Positions 26,701 to 38,700 of a stretch of DNA of 64,000 bases are shown here, piece after piece. Position numbers and translations under genes: made by a program. How positions within the stretch are numbered: position 1 is the first letter of the stretch; every line of letters starts with the position of its first letter. The notes under the pieces were generated by a model, which was not told the DNA's origin, did no database searches, and saw only the letters and a program-made list of their open reading frames with translations. Source of the DNA: Perna viridis. Taxonomy: Eukaryota. The DNA lies in contig CM074513.1 of the NCBI GenBank assembly GCA_037379345.1, positions 434,001 to 498,000 on the forward strand, given 5' to 3'.

Positions 26701-29700
26701 AATACATATATATGTATTCATCATATGCCGGTCTTTTTGGATGTACTTTGTCAACCCGCTGTCTAGCTACATCGTGCTATTCCTCAAAATTCTTTGAAAA
26801 CATTAATACCATTAGGGTGAAAATCTCAATATCAATTTTCGTTCTCGTGCGATTTTCAGTTCTTGAGAAAGAAATGAGATTTTAAACAACAAAAAAGGAG
26901 CATTAGGCCAACAATCTACTACAACATATAAGATACACGTCTACTGAATATCACAGTTTAACTCTACACATGCTACAAATCCTTACATACATGTACACTT
27001 ATCAAACTTTGCTGTTGTGCAAGTGTGAAATATTCTTGCTTACTCTGTAAAATCTTTGACCTCCTTCATCTCATCCAGATAAAGAAAATATCTAAAAGTA
27101 TCTCGGTCGTAAACGAAGCTTGAAAATGTAGTCGTTTCAATTTATCACAAGTACACAAAACAATATTGACATGGGACTTCATCATTTCAGTAATAAACAA
27201 TAACCCATATCAAGTTTTAAAACGAGACTTTCCAAAAAGATTAAAATATGGATGAAATGCCTGTTATACACTGAATATAGCCAGACGAGCTTTTGATTTA
27301 TGAACTCATAAACGTCTCAGGAGAAAATAAAGGCTTTGAAAAGATGAATAAAGATGCAGCATTCTCGTACACTTCCTTGTGAATAATAGATAATGGTCTG
27401 CATTATAAAGATACATATTTAGTCCTTTCTATAATTGGTTACGCAGAAATGATAAATCGGTCTCCAGTCTTCATGTGATTTATTGGTAGATTTTGGCATG
27501 TTTTCTAACATTTTGTACCACTGGAGTTGTAATTTTGTGGTCTTGTAAATCACATGGAATAAGTTTGTTTTGTCATACTACTGACTTTTTAAGAGAATCT
27601 AATAAACCATTAATAAATCATAACTAAAAATCGACATGTTTTAAGAGACTGTCCATGTAGGCGGCACAGAGAATTTTATGCCACAGTTTTTGTTTTGGTT
27701 CTTATGTGATGCTCATCATGATATCAAAGAGAACATGGATGTTTCTGTATAACAAGTGTATGACTGAGAATATATGTTCAAAGTTCCTTCGAGATTTATC
27801 TTTAATTAATGTCTAGTGCTTTCTACATTGTATGTAATATATTTCATTCTTACCATTTCAAAAAATAACTAACCAACATTCATTTTATAGAAAACATAAG
27901 TTTGTGATGTCTTATGAATGAATTTGGTATGACCCGCCCATTGTCTGGGTGTTTCATGACCTCCATTGTAATACCGACATTATGTTTTGAGGAGGATGTA
28001 GCTTAGTATGGCCATTAACGTAACTGTCGCATGTCTAGGACGAATTTTTTATATGTATTCTTTACTTTGATATTCCGTTGTATATAGAAAACGATTACAT
28101 ATTACAGTGTACATGTAAATTAATTTACAATATACGAATAAAAATGAAATTACCTCAAGCCTTAGTAAATGTCATATTTACAATTATTATGGTCCCTTGT
28201 AGTATAGTCTATTTTTCTATACCTAAAACTCAATTTATTTTCTCATATGAAAGTCACATTCATTGTACCACGAACATTAGTAAATTATGATAATACAATT
28301 GGATTATATCCGTTAATCGTTTTAGAATGAAGCTACTGAAAATAACTCAATTTTGTCTGCTCAGCATCGGAATTGTATTATACAGCATAGGAATTCGTTC
28401 AATGTAAATTACTTCAATTTACAAGGGCATTACATCATGCAAATATGTATTTTTAATGAAACATGGTTTTTGACTATCTTTTACATTTTAGTAAAATATA
28501 CGTATTTGAATCGGTATAATGCGATCGCATTTAATGAATTAGTAAAAGTCATTTTTTAAGTGATAACTAATGTATCTTATCAGCCACTATTTACAATTCA
28601 TGTAAATCAATTAGACCAATCGCAGATATGTATAACAATTCGTAATTGTTAGATACGATATAAAGCGGAAAAAATATTAAGTGTTAATAGTGGTCTTACT
28701 ACAATATTGATGTATATTATAATATGAAGAAGATGACACCTTAAACACTCCGGAAGAAACATATCAAACACCAAAGTCCTTTCATCATTTTTTTTTATTT
28801 ACTCCGAAAATGGTAAATGGTTTTATTTTCTTCATGCATTCTCCTATTGTCATGGTCTGAACAAAGTTTGGGCCGAAATGTCCGGCTTTGGTAAGGTATT
28901 GGAGGTTGTCATAGTCCGGAAAGTCCTGAGGTCGAATTGTCCGGTATTGATAAGCTGATTACGTCATTTTCGTAAACATTCGGGTGCCATGTATTGACCA
29001 TACCTATCTTGGAAAAAGCTAAAGTATTCGATTTGTATTTAAACATCGAAGCTGGCTAATGTTTCTTAGACTGGTGTTGTTCTCAATCTAATTTTTCAAA
29101 GTATACGAAAATGAAAATGCCATTTTAATGTTTGAAGCTCCCAATTTTACATTCACAAACCGGATATTGATGCTTTTTTCTGCTTATAAGTATGCAGGAC
29201 CCTGTTAATAATATATCCATTTACGAACATTCGGTAGCTTACAAAATTGTCATGTCTCTTAGAATTAATACAAAAGAAAAAGCCTAAAAAGAGAAAAATC
29301 TATAATGATGGTGGAGGTTGACATGAAATTATATGTCGGCTGCATTTTTTGTAAAGGACTAGTTTCAAAAGTTTATTTTATATGTATTTTATATGACCCA
29401 GTTCCGGAAGCCTATCTGTTACACCAAGGTAATGACAGACAACTTGACCTATATATGTAGCAGTTGGAAGAACCTTGCATGTTCAATCAGTTATAAACTC
29501 ACCATGCTCTTAGTGGCCTCATGTTGCCAGTAGAGCATGCGACGATTGAATAATAATTAATTAAACCGGGGCGGATCTAGGATTTGAGTTTAGAGCGGGC
29601 GTAAATTGAATTAAATGCCGTTCAAACCAAGGCAAAAAATATTAAAGGGTGAAACTTGTGGTGAAAAATTTTTTTCTTACCGATTTAGGGGGGGGGGCGT

Positions 29701-32700
29701 ACGCCTGGTACGCAAGTCCTTGGATCCGCCCCTGTTAAATATGCTGTATATGAATATAGCAAGCTGTTCGCTTCCGTTTTTTATCACTTTAAAAGTAGTC
29801 CATTAAAATAATGAAAGAAAAAAAGTACAGAAAATTAAGAGATCTTTCGTGGAAGAATACTGGTTAAGTTGGCGTTGGTTTCAAGAAATAAATTGTGACA
29901 AAGGGACTTGTACAGTTTGGTGATTGTCTTTGACTCTCTGTCGTCCGCCCATCCGTTCACCCTTTGTTTCGCGTACTTTGTGGACATAACTCAATAGTTG
30001 CCGTCAATGGATTTTGTTGAATTTTTGTGTGGTTTGTCACAATATACTAAATATAATTATAATTGTATTTTGACAAAAACTGGAGTGATACAGGAGTTGT
30101 GTGACTTGCATGTGTGTACTCTCAATTTTACAAGCGACGGGTGACAACTTGTTACGTGTAGCATCCCTTTATACATGTATGTGCATGTACAAAACATAAC
30201 ACAAAATTTCAATGGACTATGTGTATACATATTTGATCTTGGAGTTTGACAGGTTTTTCCTATTGAACAGTTCGCCATTTTTTTCTAAAAGACAAATAAA
30301 TCACAGTGTAAAAACGTGCATGTATAGTATATGTATATGTACAGTAAATAAGACTTAGAAGATTTATCCGAATAGAACTTGAGCTTATTGTGTATGATCG
30401 AACATGTACGCCAAGACTGTTCATTCGAGCAGACTTAGATTACATTTTAAATTCACCCCTTATAATGATTAGACATATTTATACTTAACCAGATTTTCTA
30501 CAAGCTGTTAGGATTAGCCATTGATTTTATTTAGATTTGACATACCGTACCCAGACACTATAATATCCCATGTCGAGGCTGTGGTGTGTTTTCCGGGTGA
30601 TAACTGTACATTATGCTTTTTCTAACCACCAACGACTCTACATGTATAAAATGATTTGTGTAAAGTTATATATGTTTCTAAGTAACATGAATTGAAAGTT
30701 TACGTTGAAACCGGAGACACTGTCATCTTTTTAGGAAATTATTGTTTATTGTTTATCAATAGTTTGCAGAAGCAGTATAATTACGATGTTACGGAGGAAT
30801 AAGAATAAAAATGGCTCTTTTGAGTATTGAATCGTTTTAATGGATATTACCGACATCTGCAGTGAATTGCTCAAGAAACATACCTTTATAGGAAATGAAG
30901 GGGAAAGATAATAAAACTACAATAAAATGGTATTAAAGAGGGCTAATTATTGAGAAAATTGTATAATAATTATTGTAGTAACAGAAAAACACAATCATGA
31001 ATTAAGTATACGGATGTATGCGGATGATATAAATATGTTAAATGATTCACGTTGAAATAATTGCTATGTTTTTTCCTGATTGAATTTTTTTTCTTAAAAA
31101 TAACAATAATTGCATGTCGTTTTTGAACTAATCCTCTTAGAACTGTACATTGAAAAAGGTGCTTGATAGTTCCACATAAAAATTTACTTTTCAACTTTGA
31201 AGCAAGAATTTGTATGGTACACAAATTTAAATTTATGACACAATATCGCATGCAAATTTTTTGATGATCTTAAGGTCAGGCATCGATTTCACAAAAAAGT
31301 CGTAAGTGTTAAATTGATCAGAAATTATGGCGTCACGATACTATTTTAGTTTTGACGTCATTGCTTACGATCAACTTTACTGCTGGTCTTGATTTTAAGG
31401 TAAGGCCTCGTATGACCTTAAAATTGACAATACCAAACAGTATGTATACATTTCTTGTGATACTCTGTTGTACTTTTGCAGTATCAGCATCTTCACCATG
31501 GGACGGTTATATCCTTCCATCATTCGTTGATACCAATACTAACGTCACAACCTATGTTGGATCTACTGTAGTATTGCCATGCTCTATAAAAAATCTCGGA
31601 ACGAAAAAGGTAAGATATATGACCTCTACTCCCCACTGATATATGACATCTACTCTCCAGTTTTATTTTTATTTGAAATGTTTAAAATATGAACATCATT
31701 AAATGTTAGACTTAATTTGGTCTTTGGTCTATAGTATAGAAAGCATTACATGGCGGTTTATTATAAACCCTTTTAAAGTTGTTAGGTTACATGTACATGT
31801 AGGTCAATCCAGACTAATCTGCTGCACGACTGAATATTTTTGGCTGGTTCGGGATGTGTATTCTTTAAAAGATATTGATAATGTAATTTAGAAATTACAT
31901 GTTGCTAATATAAAGATATACTGTAGTATTTATACATATATCTGGTCAAAGGTACACTTAGATGAAGTCAAAATTTTAGTTTTTATTTTAGCTGGTACAA
32001 ACCAGTAAAATTAAACTTATAACGGAAGACGTTATTAAACTATGTATTTCACGTCCAATTTTAAGTGCACGGAATTGTCGATAATAAATGCTTACAGGAC
32101 CTATAGTTTTATGACAGCGAGTTTAATTGTGGTGAATTAAACGATTAACCCCGACTTACAGGAAACACCATCAAAGAATTTCAATATAACCTAACATCTA
32201 CTTCTAGAGAGCTATTTAATTGGACTTAAAGCACCATCTGATCACCGGTCGATTGCCCAACCACTTATATCAATTTCTGTAGAGTTAAATGGAATATCTC
32301 TGTCGCCTCTGGCATAATTTGCAACAATTTTAAGATGCAAACTAATATTTAGATACAAGCGCAAATAAAATATCATGGTTGTTTCTGGAATTCCCTCTAA
32401 ACGTAGAAATGTTAAGCTCTGTTCAAGTTTGCCGTTAAAATGTCACTGGCCTGTTGGTCTATTGTTAATCTGTTCATATTAGAAATTCTTGGTTACTTTA
32501 AAGATGGTTTCAATTGCCAAAGTACGTATTATATATTTCCATAACCTTCGTATACCAATTTACTAGATTTACAATGTTTTATAATCTTTAGTAAACACAT
32601 ACAGGAAGAAATTGTTGAGTGATAAAACATGGAAAACCAAGGTCTAAGAGATTTGATTGTTTTTTTTTCCAGGATATGATATCGTACATGTACATGTTGA

Positions 32701-35700
32701 TGAACCTAAATCATGTGACCTAAACGTAAGATGTTTAGGATTCCATTCCCCTCCCCTCCACCAAGATAAAATTACATGCTGCGACATATACGGTTTAATC
32801 ATACTTAACATGATGCAAATATTATGAAAAAAAGAGGAGTGGCTCATTTTACTTGACGTATTCTTTCATGTATTCACTCATGTAAAGATAAATGCATCAT
32901 TTCTCACATGAACAACATTGCCGTCAGAGAAATTATTTCAAAGAAGCACCAGACTATCTGAAGCAGAAAATTAAGAATCCGACAAAAGAAACTGTAATAT
33001 TTATCTCGTAACTAAGTTAATCATGATCTCCGTCTGTCCTTCTTGACATGGGACTTACAGCATAATTCATCACATTTCTACGCCTATTTCTATGATTGAT
33101 TAACCATGATTGCTTGTATCAATACGGCACTAATTGGCCGCGGAAGGTTTTCATATCCCAAAGGTAAACAAATCGGTCTGAAGCAAATTATTACGGGCTA
33201 ATGATCGAAATTGACAAACATTCGAAGCTTCTAATTGCATCTACATACACATTGTCCAAACATTACAAGTACTTGTATTTTCTTTCTGATTCTGTGCTGT
33301 GGGCGAAGTACGCCAGATTTCTGTTTAATAATGCAAAATGTTTATTTACATGTAATGGTTCCAAATTGCTTTGTTTTTCATGTAGAAGAAATACGACATT
33401 GTAAACATGTTTCGAATTGAGAAGATGTCTTACTGCCTATATTACAAAGGTTTTATGTTGATGTTTTTGCTTGGCATGACATTATGTTGACAGTGATCGA
33501 ACTCCTTGTGCTTGTCAAAATAAGCAATGTGGAATATTTGTCTCGTAAACAGGTCTCACCGACTAACTGTATAACTGTCATTATACATACGTGTACAAGT
33601 AAATATTTGTTAAGGGTTTTTTTTTTTTTTTTTTTTTTGGTACTACTTCTAACGAAACGCGACAATCGTTCGCACTGTGCTTTTTTTAAACATGATACCA
33701 ATTGTATACAATTCACTCTATATACCGATCGCAAAAAATGTTGTATAGCGACATTGTACTGTTGTCGTCGCCTGGCTTCCGTGACATCTTGTTTCAGGAT
33801 GATAACTTTACTTTTACTGTATGAATCGCTTTTAAATTTTACTACAAAGTGCCGTATACCGCCACTGGAAAGCTGGGTTGATTTTAGGGTTATAATAAGG
33901 TACTAGAAGCATGTAGGCATTTCCCAGATGGCCGACCTTCGATTTGAGTAAATTTGTAAAGACCCTCTTTAGGTCGTATCACAATGTGCCATGCAACAAC
34001 AGAGAGACGAGGATTAAATTTTGGGATTGTTCAGGGTTCTTTATCTATGTAACTGTATCATGCTACACCCTGTGAGACATTTTATCAAACTGATAATACA
34101 ATACACGTTATTACGGAGAAAACAAACTATTTCATGTTAAAAATGGGTATCCCGAGAAAATGTCCAATGCTTCAAACTATATTGAATGCATAGAATACAA
34201 ATCCCTCGCCGTCCGTCTGCATCTGCATGTTCCACATGTACATGTACAAATAAAAAAAAATGCATGAATTCGACTGTGTGGAAAGACATCACCGAAAGGT
34301 TAATCTGATTTTTAGGTACTGGTGATTTTTTTCAGATAATATGGAAGAAAGTGAATCAGAAGCATGCACTCACAATTGATGACTTTGTATTCACCAGTGA
34401 TTCACGATACTATATAGACCACTCAGATCACAGTGGTGACTGGAATCTGGTGATCAAAGATGTCACCAAGAAACATGCTGGACAATACGACTGTCAGATC
34501 AGCACAAAGGAAGATCTGTCTCTGCGGATAACACTTAACGTTATAGGTAAATTTACAAAGGGAGATTTGTCTTGTGATAACATTAATGTTTTTTTTTGTA
34601 AGCCAACAAAGGGAGATCTTTCCTGTGTTACAAGTAAGTTAACAAAGGGAGATCTGTCTTGTGATAACATCTAATGTTATAAATGAGTTAAAAAAGGGAG
34701 ATTTTTCTTGTGATAGCATCTAATGCTTTAAGTAAGTTAACAAAGGAAGATATGTCCTGTGATAACATCTAATGTATAAGTAAGTTAACAAAGGGAGATC
34801 TGTCTTGTGCTATAAGTAAGTTAACACAGGGAGATCTGTCCTGTGATAACATCTAACGTTATAATCAAGTTAACAAGAGGAAGATCTGTCTTGTGATAAC
34901 ATCTAATACTATAAGTAAGTTAACAAAGGGAGATCTGTCTTGTGATAACATCTAATGCTATAAGTAAGTTAACAAATGGAGATCTGTCTTGTGATAACAT
35001 CTAATGTTGTAAGTAATTAACAAAGGGAGATCTGTCCTTTGATAACACATAATGATGTAAGTAAGTTAATAAAAGGATGCCTGTCATGTGATAACACCTA
35101 ATGTTGTAAGTAAGTTAATAAAGGGAGATCTGTCCTTTGATAACATCTAATGTTGTAAGTAATTAACAAAGGGAGCTCTGTCCTTCGATGGCACCTAATG
35201 TTGTAAGTAAGTTAATAAAAGGATGCCTGTCCTTTGATAACACCTAATGTTGTAAGTAAGTTAATAATAGTGAGATCTGTCATGTGATAACACCTAATGT
35301 TGTAAGTAAGTTAATAAAAGGATGCTTGTCATGTGATAACACCTAATGTTGTAAGTAAGTTAATGAAAGGATGCCTGTCATGTGATAACACCTAATGTTG
35401 TAAGTAAGTTAATGAAAGGATGCCTGTCATGTGATAACACCTAATGTTGTAAGTAAGTTAATAATAGGCTGCCTGTCATGTGATAACACCTAATGTTGTA
35501 AGTAAGTTAAAAGACTGTACACCTAGATACAAATTTGTAGTTCTTGGTAGAGATTCCTAATACTATATAGTACTTTGTAAAAACAATTCCAAATCATCTT
35601 CTAAATATACAGAAGAAGAAGATATCTAAATTTTTGATCGACAACATATTTGTCCAGTGTAGTGAACGTCGGCATTCCAATGGGAAAAAATTGTGCTCCT

Positions 35701-38700
35701 CTACTTGCCGACCTATTCCTTTTCTCTTTTGAGGTTGAATTTATAGCTGATCTGATCTAAAGAAGGCAAATCGATTTTCTAGATCCTTTTATCTCAGTTT
35801 CTGCTATATAGATGACGTATTGTCGTTAAACAATCCTAGTTTTTTTTTAATTTTTTACAACGCATTTACCCAAAAGAACTTGAGGTAAAGGATACTACAG
35901 CCACTGTGAAGTCAGCCTCATATCTTGGCCTACACTTTGAGATAGATGGTAAAGGAAAACTACTGACCAAACTATACGACAAACGCGATGACTTTTCATT
36001 CCGTATTGTCATCTTTTCATTCATCTTTGACAACATCCCTCAGCACCTGCTTAAGGAGTTTTCATATTACAATTCGTACGTTGTGCCAGAGCTTGCCGTA
36101 TCCACGCATACTTTTTGAATCTCGCTAGTTTACTTACAATTAGGCTTCTGGAGCAGGTTTATATTGCTAGATTTAAGTCATCATTACAGAAATTTCATGG
36201 TCGTTATCATGAACTCATGGATCGTTACGATGTATCCATCTGCATTATGAAAACTGATTTGTTCAATGTGTCATAGTTTTTCTTTCCTCTTTCGTCTTCC
36301 CTTTTTGTATGTATTATTTTGGATATTTAATTTTTTTGTTGTGAGCGTCTATTTTCCATGTCTGGTCTTTGTCCCTGGATTACATTCTTTTGATTTCCGC
36401 TAGAATCTTGATTCTCTTGATTACTCTTACTTAACAAATGGAGACGTATCCCAACAGATAACACAGATTTATGTACATATAGGTAAGTTACATGAAACAA
36501 AGTTACATAACACTTAATGTTACAGAATAGTTAGCAAAGTGTGGTCTGTCCCAGTGGATAACACTTAATGTTACAGGATAGTTAGCAGTGATCTGTCCCA
36601 GCGGATAACACTTAATGTTACAGGATAGTTAGTAAAGTGTAATCTGTCCCAGGGGATAACACTTAATGTAACAAGATAGTAAGCAAAGTGTGATAAGTCC
36701 CAGCGGATAACACATAATGTTACAGGCTATTTAGCAAAGTGTGGTCTGTCCCAATGGATAACACTTAATGTTACAGCATAGTTAGTAGTGATCTGTCCCA
36801 GCGGATAACACGTCATGCAATCGTACCAAGAAATAGCTATTGCATCTTGTCCAAGGAAATCCAATTAAATTTCTGAACGATAATACTAAGCGAGAAAGGA
36901 TAAATAGAAAAGAAAAGAATCTGACAGTGGTCGCAGTCACATGTTGCTTTTCCTATAGCATAGGCTTCTATTGTAAATCTTCAAGTTTCGTATTTTAGAA
37001 AAATAACCAGACAAGTTTTCCAACCTTACCTATGACCATTTATTTCCGTTACGGAAATGTGAGAAATAATTTTTATGTACATTTAAAAAAAAGACACATA
37101 ATTTGGTACTCTATGACAAATCAAACTAAAATCGACCGTTTTAGGCATTGCTTTTAGGCATTGTTTTTCATAGAATTACTGCTTTCCCCAAAAGCAATTT
37201 ATTTTTTTTAGTGTCATAGCTTGATGTGTACCCTTTACTTTGAATGAAAAATCATGACTATTTGCAAAAAAAAACAAAAAAACAAACAAACATACAAAAA
37301 CAAAAAAATAGGAAAAGGCAAAAAGGAAGCAAAGTCTAGCCCAATACTCCCGATTAGAAATATGCAATATCAGGCTGATACAAGAAGTTAAACCGTATAC
37401 GTTGAAGATTGTCCATATAAATTGTTGCTGTTTGATTTTTTTTCGTATCTTTAGCGCATGCTCGTGGTTGTAGGATCACTTTTACATATGAGATCCAATG
37501 TAATACCTTATGATGTTCTTTTTAATTTTCAGATCGACCGCCCATAGATAAGAGTAAAGGTAATGACTTATATATACTGTAAACTTTAAAACTAAATGAT
37601 GGTAAACACAAGTTAAGAAAACCGGTACAAAACAAAAACGAATGAAAGAAACCTAATAGAAAGCACAGAGAAAAGTGTCTGATATTGAACAACCCGGCCT
37701 TTTTTAAAAACCAAATGCAGCGGTAGGTGATGGACATATCAAATTGCTTGAAGTATGTCCGGGACATGCATAATAATACAAACAAAACATTTTGATGAAT
37801 GAGACACATTTATTCTCATACATGTACATGTAATGGAAATGGACACACCATATCTGTCCAGCATAACATGAAGTCTGTCATTGAACTCTTGAAATGATTA
37901 TTACGATACCAAGCAGCTAACAACTCTGCTTCAAAGGCTACTTTGCAAGAAATTTTATTTAGCAAGGTACAAAAAGTCTTTTTAACTTTAAATTATAAAA
38001 TCAGTGGTCAAATGTTTGAAATTTAAGTAATGACATGAGTTCTCCTGTATATTGTTCAAAAGAATGAGTTTTCAGGTTTCATTCTCTAAGATGATTTATA
38101 TATTTATTTGCGCCATACACCGTGTACATGTATGATTTGGCTCCGCTAGGTACATCTAGACTCTATTGTCCTTGGTGCTTTGATATCCTTTTACATAATA
38201 TTCAGAGTTAACGGTTCAAATAAAACGGTTTATCGCATCTGTGCATGTACATCAATAGATTAAACATTGTTTACTTCTGAGCGACGTGGTTCTAACCTTT
38301 CTTAAATCATACTAATCTCTCTACAAATATTACAAAAATCTCTACAAAAACCATTAAGACAACAGCTGGGAGACTGATGTCTTTATTCCTCAAATATTTA
38401 CTTTTTTTCGGATTAAGTCGTCCATACATAACTGACAAATCACTCTTCCACAAAGTATCTAGTCACAAAAAGAAAAGAGTGCAGTCGGCCCATAAACCAT
38501 ACATGTATCTAAGGATGATCCTGCAAAATATTTGAAAATTGCTTTCTCGGAATTTCCCGCTTGTTATCCATCTTAGGAATAACCTATCTGTACAGTTTCC
38601 TCGTGTACATATGAATATCTCTGATACATTGTAATTTCCAAATTTAACATGGCAATCCTATAAGAATCTGTATAATTCAATTATATATTGTTCCCCCTTT

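Noticed and set aside
31352-31481. N-terminal part of ORF 31352..31639 as a signal peptide (MYTFLVILCCTFA)
   Set aside because: Better explained as the pyrimidine tract and acceptor of exon 2; an alternative start at this ATG cannot be fully excluded.
33484-33906. 140-aa intronic ORF
   Set aside because: Low-complexity, runs through a poly-T tract, no domain, and does not fit the gene model.
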